A stretch of DNA of 64,000 nucleotides from Phoronis australis (lineage: Eukaryota > Animalia > Phoronida): contig NMRA01000061.1 in NCBI GenBank assembly GCA_002633005.1, positions 663,076 to 727,075 of the forward strand. Direction: 5' to 3'. A program made the position numbers and the translations under genes. The notes under the pieces were generated by a model. It was not told where the DNA came from, did no database searches, and saw only the letters and a program-made list of their open reading frames with translations. This document shows positions 1-13,030 of this stretch, one piece after another. Each line of letters begins with the position of its first letter. Positions within the stretch are counted from its first letter, which is position 1.

Positions 1-879
1 ACTGCTTAGTGCTATTGTATTAACAACAACCGATTCTACGCGAAGTAAAAACAACAAATAAACATTGTTCTACTAATTATTAAATAAATACCATGTATCC
101 GTACATAAATAAGAGCCAAATTTCGAAGGAAATCGCTGTACAAACGGACGCTATCGACTTTTCCGGTTTTGGTAAACTGTTCAATTTTACCTCCAATGCT
201 GGAGAGCTTCATAGAATTACCCAAAATTCTGCGTATTCTGCGGCATTTCAAAAAAAATTGTGAAAAAACTCCCACAGATTTGACGATGGAATATTTTTAT
301 TTACCTTATTTTGGTAAAAAAAACATATCTCACTTTAAATAGTTAGGAACTACTTTCTAATAAAAGCCTTTTGAAATTCCACACTTACTACCCATTTCCC
401 TATTGGAATACATGGGAATATTGGATGTGCTGTAATCCATACAAAAACATTTTTTTGATTTTTAAAATAACTTTTTATTTTATTGTTTGGTATCCTTAAT
501 AAAACCCCATTGACAAAATCCAGGTTTTCTCAGATAATGCCTCTTAAATCATCAAATCACCTATTGATTAAGCACAACAAACAAGCACTTTTTGCAGTTA
601 CAAGGATAAATTAGATATCTACTTACCTCACAGACTGACGTAAATGTATGAAAATGGATACTGAAAATGTGAACATCTTAACGTTTTTTTGCGCTTAAAC
701 TCAGTTTCCAGTTATACAGCGACACCAGTTGAAGAAAATTTAACTTAACGCCCGAAGCCACAGGCGGCTGCGTGCCGGAACTGACAGTTTGAACGGTGGC
801 AAATTCTATAAAAGATGACACTGTTTGGAAATTAGACAGTGTTTAACCATAGAATACCAGTTATTTGATGTGAAGAAAA

Positions 880-1398
880 CGCCCAATGTCAAACCTGCTC
901 GACGCTGAGCCAACGTTGCGCCGACGTCAAGACTGAACAATACTCAAAGAAGGACAAATAGGCTGACTTATGCACTGCAGTAAATATTTTTCTAAATCAT
1001 AGACGGATTTTTAACTTTCCTTTTTCAATTAGACGCTATAGTTAAATGAACATAGCTTTATCACGAAGATACGACGTTCGACCGACGTCGGACTGAGCAC
1101 TACATATGATTTCTCGCACCGCGTTGCACCCACGTCGGCCCAACGTCAAACGTTCCCGACGCTGAGCCAACGTTCTTCCGACGTCAAGGCTGAACAATAC
1201 TCTAAGTAAATAGGTTGACTTATACACTGTGACTCGAAAAAATAATATCGCACGGGTCGAGATTACTTAGAAGTGCAAAACAGGCTTTTAAAGGCAGTAT
1301 CTTTTAGACCGCCGACCAACGTCAAAAAACCGACCGCGACCTACCGACCTTGAGCCAACGAATGGCGACGTTGGCCCAACGTAGTGGTGCTATCTGGG
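880..1398. mobile_element. Right-hand portion of a non-autonomous TIR element ending ...GTGCTATCTGGG (CCCAG-type terminus, probably CMC/EnSpm-like)
   Basis: Dense CCAACG/CCGACG subterminal motifs. Internal direct repeat of about 75 bp (901-980 vs 1158-1230, gacgctgagccaacgtt...gactta). Terminus TATCTGGG ends at 1398. No partner end is present in the window. Confidence 0.5.
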
Positions 1399-2722
1399 TT
1401 TGGGTGAGTCAGTCCGATTTAGAGGACCATCGGTCATGTTGTTTCTCACCCGTGAATAGATTAACACATGAATTTAAAAAAAACAAGTTCAGAAGACCTC
1501 CATTTCAAGTGTTCTTGTAATTACGTCATTGAGATTGCCATTTTCACTCAAATTTCAATTATATATGTGGTTAAATTTGAAGATGACATCCTTCCTACTC
1601 ACTGCTGAAAATGAAATAATGAAAACTGTACTATTTTTTATTAGGCTTTATTATCTGTGGTACAATGGTCTTTACATCTCGTTGTCAAAAACGGAGTTTA
1701 AAGGAATTATCATATGAAGCAAGCTAAATTTTGGAGGTTGGAGGTTTGACTGCTTATAGACATTGCAATACACAGCTGTCTAACTGATCACAGACAGTTT
1801 GGTAACCACTTATGCCTGTTCTTAGAATTGACTCGGCTGAAGTCGGATAAGGTCATTACTGCTGGGCTTTTCTAATTAACCAAGTTGTGCGAACAAGAAC
1901 TGCCTTGTGCAAGACAATGACAACCAGTTGTTTTGGAGTGAAACTATGTCTTTAAGTTCAGGCCAATTAATGGTCTAAGTCTTTACTCACCAATTAAGGT
2001 GAAGTCGTTTGGGACCTGATTTTGAGTAATACGTTGGACTACATAAATGCAACGCCAGATGAGTTAAATGAGTTCGTTTGAGTGACAAATACGAGAAATT
2101 ACGTTTGTGTCGGAACTCAGTGGTACATGCACAGGATGCCAAAACCGCGGATTACTGTACACAAAGATAGTGATGATACTTTTATTAACCCGGCGCATCA
2201 GTCCGGTATGTTACAACAACTACCGAAGGCTCGAGGAAAGCGTGATGATGGCGTTAATTGAACCGGAGTTAAGCGTGAGCGCTACCCGCAGAGTAGACGT
2301 GACAAGACCGTGACTTATTCCTATCACGCCTGCGTTCCGGTTACGCTTCTGTCTGGCAAGCAGTGAGGCAGCCCGGACAAAGTCTAATAATTCAATGGCT
2401 GTACTATATACATGTATACGAGCTAAGCTGCCTGTCTCAACTGAACCATAGCTGAGCTGACCAGCAATTAGTTTTAGTTCATTCACTTTCGTAATTCCAC
2501 ATCTGCAGTTACTTGAGACACCTCCTTAATCTGTCAGTTCGCTGGCCCATTCTTAGTTTCCGAAAAACTTTGTTGGTTCACTGTAAATCAACTTTTGGTG
2601 TCTGCATCTCCAGGACTTTCCCCAACTTAACGCGGACGTGGCGGATTTGGTACAGATATAGCNGGGGTGAGGGGCACGGGTGGTGCCGATTGTGGGGTAC
2701 GTTGGCGAAGTCGAAATTGTTT

Positions 2723-2759
2723 GTACCCCTAGATAATTTTACCTTCCTACGGAGAACTG
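2723..2759. mobile_element. Orphan terminus related to the hAT element end at 32918
   Basis: gtacccctagataattttaccttcctacggagaactg aligns with the reverse complement of 32918-32953 (gtgccccccaataatttgtaccttcctacgggcctg). Confidence 0.45.
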
Positions 2760-3549
2760 TTACATTAATTGGTCCATTACAGGACCACGACAATGTGTCA
2801 ATAGCGGCACTTTATGTGTCGAAACGGGTTGTGCTGTATTATCCCAGTAATGGAATGGTACGGGTATCTCAAACTTGTACCGGCCCAATACTAAACAGGT
2901 TTGCAAAATGTCACTGGACCAGTTCTGGCCTACATTATTTGGTCAACGTATAAGACAGTTCATGGCTAAAATTGGCCCATTATCTATATATTTACTGGAA
3001 ATGGAGCATCCGGGCAATCGATTAAATGATGCGCCCGAATGCTGGAATTCAACATCCAGGAAGGACATTCTATACACTGCCGCACTCACAAATACCACAC
3101 CGGCACACACAGAACCCGCGACACACAGACAATTGTGCATTCCACAGAAAATTGAACCCCAATTCTGGGTACATACCAATTCCCAATATGCATCAAATGG
3201 GGCGCTTTATAGAACCAGGGGACGTCGAGATGACAAGCTCTTTTTCGACCGACTGCACGGTAACTTTAGGCAAAAATGAATGCATGTCATGTTTTGTAAT
3301 AGTTGAATATCTGATTGAGTGATCTATGTAAAGCCAAAGCAGTAAATATCCCAGGACACACATTTTCTAATTGAAATTAAAATCTCTTCAGTACAAAGAA
3401 CAACAGACCAAAACCAAAATTTATGACGCCAGGAACTGAAAATCAACCACACCACGGCCGAAACGCTATCATATATCACGACAGGACAGGAAATGTTCGT
3501 ACCTAAGACCAGTACGNTTGGAAGTTCGGGTGCGAATTGCTGACTACCA

Positions 3550-3761
3550 CATGCGCGCAACCAGGGGGGCTCAGGGGGTGAATAAACAAATGCGTAGGCC
3601 CTGAAGGAAGCCCATTTACCTTTTTTAGTCAAAAAGTCCGCAAACCCAGACATTCGAGACCCCTGCATCCCTACATTTTAGGCTGCGCGAGCGCATCTGC
3701 CGAAATTCTGATTATTTTTGTGCCTTGGCCCCCCAAACTCAAAATCATGGATCCCCCCATG
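3550..3761. mobile_element. ~210-bp hAT-like MITE (second copy, inverted, at 53071-53286)
   Basis: CATG...CATG ends with G/C-run subtermini. The reverse complement aligns along its length with 53071-53286 (ggggggatcca.gattttgagt...taaaatgtaggg.tgcag). No clean TSD. Confidence 0.6.
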
Positions 3762-5182
3762 AATTCGACAATGACAATCCGCTGTGTTAGAGTAATAATC
3801 AGTCTTGCTGAAGTCGACTGATATCGGGTCCAATGGTACGAGGGTGTCTGTTGTAAGGCGTGAAAGAGACAGAGAAATTCAACATCATTTTTATAATACC
3901 ATGACTGTCTTCGACGAGACATATCGTTGAAGGCTTAACCCTGGTGTACTTAGTACCGACGTTATTCCGTTGGGGCCGGGTCATCGCTTGTGGATGGTCA
4001 CGTGATATCAAGGTACATGTATGAACAATGTCTGAAGTTATAAATTATATGTCCTGTAGTACTGAATCTTCAGACCCGGCATGTCACATTACAGGTCCTG
4101 ACGTGATAAATGTATTGTTCTGTCTTAAAATATTTTTGTCTTGGGTTGCTTTTTTACACCCTGCAGGTCGAAAATTACGTTTTGGACTGTTCTTAGTTCT
4201 TGCATAATTAAAATGCTGGATTTCGTAGTATTTACTTTTGGTTCTGCAAATGAAAACAATGCGGTGGTCTTTTTTAAATCTTAAAATACATGTCCTGGAA
4301 TACTTCTGCTTTCGCTTTCCATTTTGGGGATAAATTTTGATAGGTGATCAATCCAATATTAGAAAATTATGATAAACTGTAGTGTATTACCAGAAGAGGA
4401 AAATCCCTCATACGTAGTTTCTAGCTTCAATCTTTGTACATTAAAACAGGCAGAATACCAAAAACATATATTGAAATTTCATTACAAGACATTTTTTCAA
4501 ACATATTCCAACCTTTCATTAATACACAGGCTACAATCTGGTCGGTCGGTATGAAATTGGCAAAATTCGGAAGAATAAATTCGTATCACTTCTAAAAGCC
4601 TCATTTATTGATTTGAAAATTTTAATCTCCGTAGCCGCCAACTAAACATAACTACTGTTGACTATCGTACGCTTGACGACCGTGTTTTTACAAGAACAAT
4701 TCTGGATTAGTGTTTGTTACAGGAATCTAAACTAGGTAGATCACTCGAATTCTAATTCTAATTGCACTGGATAAAAAGCCGATTTTTCTTGCGTGACTGT
4801 AACAATTGGAAGATTTTTTGAAAAAAACACGGTTTTACCTTGTGTTGGATTTGAAACCAATTTGAGCGCGACGTGATGCAATTGCTTCGCTTCAGATCAA
4901 ACGACAATCTACATGATCACCCGTACTAAAGTCGACGGATATTGTGTCCCATGGTACATTGGTCTCTGTTATAATGCATGGAAGAGACAACTGGAGTTCA
5001 ATGTCATTAAAACCATAGTCAATTCTAAAATGATGAAAACTACTTCACTTTTAAGTAATAGACACACAAAACAGTAGCAAGTAGAGCAAAAAGTCATGGG
5101 ATCATGTCTGACATGAGTCTTAATTAAATGTAAGAAGAAAAGCATAGATAATATAGCCTAAGCAAGGCATTCAGGTGAACAC

Positions 5183-5837
5183 TGTTCGTACTTTTCCAAG
5201 TGAACAATAGTAGTGCCAACAATTTAAAGGATGAAACGAATTGGTTAGTTGCTCCTCAAATGACGACTGTAATTTATTTCAACTATTCCGTGAAAGTATG
5301 TGTAAACTTTCTTCATACTACATTTAATCTCCGTTTAATAACACCTGATTACGGTAATTCAGTACTACAATTGGAATACCATTTCGTTGCATGGATCAAC
5401 ACAAAAAGATGCGAAAAATTCTCATGCGATGGTTAAATATCTAAAAAGTTTTACCACAACCTAAGAAAAACTGCATGGACTACATGTATATAGCTTAATC
5501 AAGGAATCCATTTGAAAACTGTTCATACTTTTCTTAATGCAAGTGAACAATAGTAGTGACAAAAAAGCTAAATAAAATCAGATGAGATTCATTTAGTTGA
5601 TTCAAGCAATTTTATAATTGCTTCTCGAATAACGACTGTACGATCTTAACAATTCCGCATAAATATATGACAATAATAAATTTAATCTCCGTCTAATAAT
5701 ACCTGCCTTACAGATCGTAAGCATCGCTGAAAAAGTAATTCGCTACCAGCACAACCTAAATCGTCTCGTCATAAGGACAAGCACAAAAGGAGTTGAGAAT
5801 TTCTCATGAAAGATTTGAATGTCTACAAAGTTTACCC
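5183..5837. repeat. Diverged two-unit tandem duplication (5183-5456 and 5520-5837) in the presumed 3' UTR of the receptor gene
   Basis: Shared blocks in the same order: caagtgaacaatagtagtg, acgactgta, tttaatctccgt.taataa.acctg, cacaaaa.ga, ttctcatg. Confidence 0.7.
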
Positions 5838-5875
5838 TGGAGTTGTGAAGTTCTACTTGCGCTCGTGTAGCCATT

Positions 5876-8126
5876 TCAATGAGTGAATCGTGTCAAGGAT
5901 TGACCCTTGTTATTCATTTTTTTCATACGTGGCCAACATTTAATGGATGATAAAGTGTACAGATAGGGATTACAAACGGAATTGATTGGCACAATTAGAG
6001 ACGCAACCCAGGTAATGAAATCAGGGGAAATTTGGACTCCCGTCAAAGAAATTGCAACTCCAATAGCAACAGGCATCCAACAGCATAAATCAGTCGCAAC
6101 AAGGATGCTGAGTTTTTTTGCAAGTGCTAACTCTTTAGCACTGTTTTTCTGGCCAGATGCTTCACGGCTACGTTTTGCTGTAGCAAATATCGCAGCATAG
6201 CACAAAGTTATTAAAATAAATGCAAACAAATTGAAAACTACAAAAATGCTTAATTTGAATTCAAAAAACCGGAGAGATGCCATGGTAAATGGCAAGCAGA
6301 CCGATGTAGCGCCGTAAAAATCATTTGCATTTCCAAAGTAACGTGTATTTGTGAAAGGAAGTATCGCCAACAATACCCAACCTAAAGCAGCTGTAACTAC
6401 CATGATTCGTACTTGTCTGACACTCATTGGCTTTAATTTAAAAACGCACGATATTGATATTAAACGTTCCAAAGAGATATATAGCATGGTTGTAATTGAC
6501 ATTTGGCTTGAAACAAAGGCGAGATATCCTGCCAGTTTACACAAAATACTGTCTCGCCAGATTGGGTCGTACAAATAATAACTCCCTTTCTGCAGGTAGA
6601 ACAAATCTGCACTGCCCAATGTCAGTAAGTAAATACCTGTAAGCATATCTGAGCAAGCTAGAGAAATGATAAGAATGGAGTTAACGGAATTGAGGCATGT
6701 CTTGATCCTCCAAATAACAACACAGCCATTACCGACAACAGATAATACCCCCATGAACCATATGGCGATTCGTAAAAAATCGTTTGACACGAGGTCAGCG
6801 CACGATGAGAATGGGTCTTTGGCAGGTGTACAGTCAGCATACTTTGGAACTATGCAACAGAATCGAAAGTTATCAGTCTCAAGACTTACAAGGTTGATAT
6901 TGAAAAAAGCATTTGGCTCGACAACCAGAAAATTGTCGTTAAATCTCATGTCTATTGACAGGCCTTCAGTATCCCTCATCCCATGAAATGATTTGTCGGA
7001 TACAAACATTAACGTATTTCTGGAAATGTTTAAATGTTGTATTCTCAAACCACTAAACACTGGTTCGACAAAAGTAGACAAACGATTACCAGCCAGATCA
7101 AGAGAAATAAGATTAAATAAGTCTTTGAATGCCATGAGAGGGAGATACGTGAGCCCATTGAACGAGAGATCTAACGTATTAAGCACAAAATGATGTTTAA
7201 AGGTATCGTTTAACAGATTCAAAGAGTTGTTCCGAAAAAAGATTGCTCTCATCTTATTGGAGCGCATTGGTAAGAAGTCTAATTTTTGGTTTTCACAGTC
7301 CAGTGTGTGTCTAAAGCATGAACATAGAAGTGGGCATTGTTCGTCCAGATTACACATGATCTCGTCATCTCTATTTCTACAATCAGCAATGCCATCGCAA
7401 ACTCTCGATTGACTTATGCATTTTAGTTCAGTTTCGCACCGAAACTGACCTTTGCATGAATATTCTTCACAGTTGTACTCGTCGTATCCCTCTAAACAGT
7501 CTCTGGTTCCATCGCACACGTCGTCCTTTGGAATGCAGTAACTTGATCGGCATTTAAACATTCCGGGGCACTGAAACGCTTGGCATGACATAAGGTGGAC
7601 TTTGTCGCTGCAACCCAAGTTTGCGTTTCTTTTGTCATAAATGCATGCTCGTTGTCTTTCAAAGCAGGCAGGATGGTTCAAGTGACACCTAGACTCCGTA
7701 GAGGATGCACAATAAGGTTTGCTGTGGAAAGCAATGGCTCCTGCTTCTACGACTCCACTCTTTACATATCGTTTTTCGAAGTGATAGTTAGAAAACGATT
7801 CGTCTTCTTGAATGTTTCCTAAACAGTCAACTTGCAAATTTAGCACGTTTGCCTCAGGGATGCACTTTCCATCGTAGCACATGAACCCCCCCAAAAACAC
7901 GCATTTGTTTTGCCAATCGCAGTTATATTCGTCTTCATCTGAACCGTCATAACAATTATCAACAAAGTCACACAAAGCAGTATCAGGTATGCACTGACCT
8001 GACTTGCATCGAAAATTTCCACTCTCACACGGCGCGTAAATACACATTATTTCGTCGCTACCGTCTCCGCAGTCATCGAAATGGTTGCAAACTAGTGACA
8101 ACGAGACACAAGCGTTGTTTTTGCAC
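5876..8126 (-). CDS. Exon 2 of GRL101-like (type C LGR) receptor: LDLa repeats, LRRNT, LRRs, hinge, rhodopsin-class 7TM
   Basis: Acceptor tttccatttcag|G at 8127/8126. LDLa motifs (CGDGSDE, CYDGSDE, CLEGYDE, CRNRDDE) and LRRNT CPLLCSC. LRRs LNTLDLSFNGL and LISLDLAGNRL. Type-C hinge CC...CTPAKDPFSSCADL. TM motifs GN, SLACSD, SLERL, TDLCCWMP, PINSVCNPYLY. Stop at 5876-5878. Confidence 0.95.
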
Positions 8127-9434
8127 CTGAAATGGAAACGCTGTGTGCACAAATTGTATAATTTGATTGTAAAAACACAAGGACCAGGGTGTGGGGTGAC
8201 ATTTGGAAGGAACATACGCTAACATGCCTCTGACAACCATATTCACGGTAGATTGGTGTAATCTGACTGTGTAAACATTTGTGTATTCCTTGGAGCTTGA
8301 AATGAATTAAACTAAAGCTGGGTCACCAACACTACAGCTTCTTTAATGAAATTGCAATTACCTTACCGAGTGAAATCTTATTTTGACAAAATAAGCCATT
8401 TAGAAATCACCGCAAATACGCAGGGATCCATGTTCCATGTTTTGCTTTAATTGCTTAAGCATCATAAATAGAATAAACTAATGTATATACAACGGTGCAG
8501 TACACCGATTTAACTAAAAAACAAGGGCACACTAAAAAGAGCATGCTACCACAGAATCAACACAACAGAGCTCAGCTGGTATGTAAGTGAATGGGCCACT
8601 TAGTTAAGTTAACCTTATTGGTGACACTTTTATATAGAGCTTATCTTTGTTATTTTCTTTAGCGATTATGCCTACTGAATATGGTGACATGGTCAGATTG
8701 ACGATACCTGAAAACACTCTTTCTATCAAAAGTATTATGTTCTGCTAATTTATCACCCAATTTTCAGCGAGAGACCATTGTAAAACCCCAGATTAATCAT
8801 TTCTATAAGCTGCCTTAATCTTCAACAACACGAGAATGATGGCTTGTTGTGTTTAGTATACTCATGTTTGCTCGGGTAGTTTAGTGTTTGACACTGTTGA
8901 GTGTTCATCGGTTTATTGTCTTCACAATGCATTAGCCATTAAAGCCAAACGTTGAAAATGAAAGTCTTCGTGCATCGATATCATTGTGCCATGAATGGAT
9001 AGTTGATTCCCAAATTTGAATGTGTTTATAAGCAAATATTGCATTTTTAGCATGTCCACAACGTCACAACAAACGTTGTTCATCTCAGTCCTATTTGTCA
9101 TCGTTTTATCGCTGCTGAAAGAGTGTGTTAAATGCATTTTGCCTAGTTCAGCTGGCTAAACACGATAATCAAAAACCCTCATGATTTTGGTCACGTAGTA
9201 TGTGTTGCCATTATGTTATTCTATTCCCTTTATACCAAGAACGAAACTATAGGAGAATCTAGAAATCTCAGACTAGCTGGTTTTACAAATTCAAAACAAA
9301 GAAAATGACTGGTGAAGGTGACAGACGCCAGCATGGAAAACACTATGAGACCGACTAATGACAGAAAAACACCTTAATTCAGCTTTGGTTTTCAGTAAAA
9401 TTAACAGGTTGAGTCCAGGTTTAAGAGCACTTAC
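8127..9434 (-). other. 1308-bp phase-2 GT-AG intron of the receptor gene
   Basis: Donor AA|GTAAGT at 9434 and acceptor TTTCAG|G at 8127. Splicing keeps the frame and rebuilds a complete LDLa repeat, [35 protein letters not shown]. Confidence 0.9.
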
Positions 9435-12400
9435 TTGAAATAGGTTTTACCACAAATTTCGCAATTGTGTTCGTCGTTTCCTTGTTGACAATCAACTCTT
9501 CCGTCACAAACACGTTTTAGAGAGAGGCAGGATCCGTCTTCACATGACCACTGCGTTTTTCCGCACACAGCATTTTTTGAGACTTCTGCCTTCATTTCAC
9601 AAAGTGCATTCAAAGGCATTCCACCCGGAATTTCATCGCATTTAACACTGACTATTTCCCAAAAAAGTGAACGATCTTTATTCCAAAGGACGGTAGTGCT
9701 GCCTTCTAATAGTCTACATAAACCGTCCGATGTTTTTGCCAGCCACACAGATCCATAGTCAGGTAAGAATCGCCAAATGTCGATTAGAAGCCTTGCAATG
9801 AAAATTCCTGATGTATAGAGGGTGCCGCCGACAGTTTTACAAATCTCATCGACACGCTGATGCGAATCGGGTACATTGGTGTATGTTAAACTTGTTTCAA
9901 GACGATAGCAAACACCTTGATGGTAAGTCCAATACATAGGGCAGGACATAAGGACATCATACATAGCTGTTAGATTTACAATTTCCTGTTCAGAAACGTA
10001 TGAAGCTTTTGATTCGCATATGAAAGATGCATGCTCAAGGGGATAGCTACACGGAAGTAAGAACCAACTATCCCCTACATAAGGATTCTGGACAACCATA
10101 ATAGCACAGTTGCTGGTACCGTCATTTACAGGTTGCCGAAGATTTTTTGAAAAAACACGCAGCATGTCATTAACCCAATTTCGATAAGTTTTCCACGAGT
10201 AAGGGGTTGCAGCACTCCCAGGGACGTACCACCTTGAAAATATAACCGGATCACCATCTACCCAAATCAGTTTTTGACTGTTCGTTTTTTGAAGACCAAT
10301 AAAAATTCCTGTGTAAATAGCCTGTGAATAAATGGGACGTTTCCATATGGTTCTTAGCAGTGTCATTATAAACTCATGTTTAGACTTGTCCGATATCGAA
10401 ACTAGGTCACCGCCATCTTCTATGCATGATTTCCGTGCAGAATTCCAAGTTGAATTACTGTTAACTATAATGCGATAGCATTTATTCCGGAAAAATTCAG
10501 AACCAGGAATCAAACACAAGCTGGATTTACCTTCAGTTGCTGGAACTTCTTCTTTTTCCACCAATTTATAATCTATGATGATTTTTTGGTTATCGTTTAA
10601 AATAGACGCCCTGGTGTAGGTTATCCTTAGCGAATCTGCAGCTACCGTGTGCATAATGAAGGCGCTGGTGGGATGATTGGAAGGACTACAGAAAGTTTTG
10701 TATTGCTCCGTGAGAGGCGAAAGGACCAAAATACGACTGTCACTGCACCCGTTTCTGCTTATCCCTTCGGCAATTTCTAGGTGTTCGTGAACATGGGATT
10801 CACAATACGAGTAAACTGTAAGCTCGTAATGCGATGGGTTCAGTAACTCAGTTGCACAGCCTGTTGTGTTATTGAAAAAATAACTCTGTAGCCAGTAGTA
10901 ACCGATGTACCACTGAACAACTGTTGCTGATGGTGGTTTGCGTAATTGTCCACATGCCGAAATCATCCTAACTTTGCTTGTGAGTTGGCGATAAGGCCGA
11001 TATACTAAGCAACTAAGGACAGAGTCGAAGTATGACGATGAAACAATATCAAATATCAATCGAATGGTTAAAGGAAACGACGGGCAAGAAGTAACAATTC
11101 TTACTAACGGATGTCCATTTTTATTATTGATTTCTTTTCCGTTGACAAGTTGTCCGTAACTTTTACATAGAGGTGTTGGCTTCAATCCGCTTAGTATTAG
11201 GAAGTCAAAACATTCTGGTTGACAAGAAGATCCCTGGATTCTTACATGCTGAAGTCGCAAACTGTGGTTGTAGACTTGTACTTCCAACATAGAGTCCCGT
11301 GTTCCACTGTACCCGAAATAAGGCTCTTTGTAAAATTGAACACACGCATTCGGTGAAATTCTGATGATGTTGGTGTTTTGGTGCAGCAAGTATCCTTTGC
11401 ATTCAAATTCCTCAATTGTAACATCTGCCTTCCTATATCGGTACCCAGATAAAAGTGTGTAAAACCCAATAGTAAGGTATTGTGAAGTACTAACGAACGT
11501 CGAAACCATATTACCTCTACGCTCGTCTTTGGAATATGACCCACAAAAAGGTCCAATCATTGAGGACGAAATACCCGGTCCATCATATATGACTAAGCCC
11601 TCATAGCCACAATTTTCCCAATAAAGGACATCCATGTACGTCAAGGTTAACCTTAAGGTATACGTTGCTCTAGTTGCTTGGAAATACCAGAAGCACTGCA
11701 TCTTCTTTGTTTGCCTGTTGAATGTCGAGATCCGAAACTTGTATGGCTCAGGCGTGATTTTCTGTAGCCTAGTTCGGGTAGAACTCACCAGCTCGCACGA
11801 AGGGTGGTCGTCATTCATGCTCGTGTTAAAAGATACGACTACGAGGGAATTATTTGCAAGTATGTTGATTGTAGAGAGCTGGATTACGCCGTGGAAAGAA
11901 GTGTGATTTGCCAAAATACTGGACCTGTACGCATTTAGCAAGTCGATAGACGAAACCAGCATTTGTGGCATCTGTTTTGGACCTTCGTACGATTGTAGTT
12001 CCCCGGAACCCATGACGATCGGACATGCCACCTTTACACGTATAGTCATACTAAAACCTATTGGCACTTTCACATACCACACGTAAATATACGGCAAGGT
12101 AGTGACGCAAAAAACAAATGAGTAAACTGGGTTTTTGTATATTATTGTCACCGTTTTGTTAGTTGCGGAATCGCTCAGGATTTTATATGTACCAACACCA
12201 GACCGATACACGTTGCGATCTATGGAGCTGTATTTCGCAACAAAAACGAAATTGAAGTCGAGTACAACAACTTTTATCACTAGAAAGTGTCCAAGACTGT
12301 AAACGTTCCAAGGTGATTTTCGCCCACAAAATTTTTCTACATGCTCAGACGAATGGTGAATTTCAAGTCTGCTCCGTGAACACTTTGTATCGAAAACTGC

Positions 12401-12943
12401 TGTATCCAGTGTCTCTATGCTTAAATTAACTTTCCGGTCATCATGAAAAGAAACGTTCCATCGGCAGTTTAGTGGATATCGTATATTCAGTGAGGGTATC
12501 ACTTTCCGGATTTCTATGCGTCCTCCTGACGGTAAAAGTTCGTGAATACAAACATCGGGTGTAATTAATGGGTTTATCCGTGATAGAACATACGCCACCA
12601 GAAAACGAATTCGAATCCCTGACCATCGACGATATAGCATTACTGATGTGTTTGCTGTGGCAGTTACTTCCATGTTCACCTGTTTCTCTGAACAAATCTT
12701 GGTTGTTTGATTCGTATTCCAAATCAGCAGGTAACCTGAACTGCACGCAGTGTTAGTCTTGAAGTCTATCAATTTTATGACTGCTTTGTGGGAGGCTGGA
12801 ACGATGACTTCCCAATACATATGTTTGGGCGCTGAATTTTCCGGCATCCCGTAGCCTGCAAAGATTTCATTGCTTCCAGCAAATTTGCGTAATAACAAAA
12901 ATGCTCCAATGCTTAAGCACAATACCCAACACAGCTGGTGCAT
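9435..12943 (-). CDS. Exon 1 of GRL101-like receptor: putative signal peptide, multiple CUB domains, two C-type lectin domains, first LDLa
   Basis: 3.5-kb open frame. ATG at 12943 is followed by the hydrophobic stretch LCWVLCLSIGAFLLL. CUB motifs: YPLNCRWNV...KFCG...FVAKY and CFWYF...LVIYDGP...GPFCG. CTLD motifs: KCY...TWNSARKSC...GGDLVSI...FIGL...WVDG...FICE and CPMYWTYHQGVCY. LDLa: CDGRVDCQQGNDE. The true 5' end is uncertain, since a possible acceptor tttgcag lies near 12856. Confidence 0.88.
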
Positions 12944-12974
12944 CTTTATTAACAAGTGCAGTTAGCTTAGGTTG

Positions 12975-13030
12975 TTTTATACGTAGTCAAATTTCATAGC
13001 CTCGCCTCCATAATTAACGTGAGCCAATCA
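12975..13030 (-). promoter_or_regulatory. Possible core promoter of the receptor gene (TATA box plus CCAAT box)
   Basis: TATAAAA on the minus strand at 12981-12975 and AGCCAATCA at 13022-13030. This would imply a very short 5' UTR. Upstream non-coding exons are also possible (donor-like GTAAGT near 13170 and 13231). Confidence 0.3.

Noticed and set aside
2107-3322. Cluster of 70-146-aa ORFs as a gene
   Set aside because: The ORFs overlap on both strands, span an N and repeat fragments, and show no recognisable domain.
8127-8215. N-terminal 30 aa of the 779-aa ORF as a real start
   Set aside because: There is no signal peptide, and it lies upstream of a strong acceptor. It is intron read-through.
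5982-12756. Many 60-106-aa ORFs overlapping the receptor exons
   Set aside because: They are antisense or off-frame shadows of a long CDS with no recognisable motifs.
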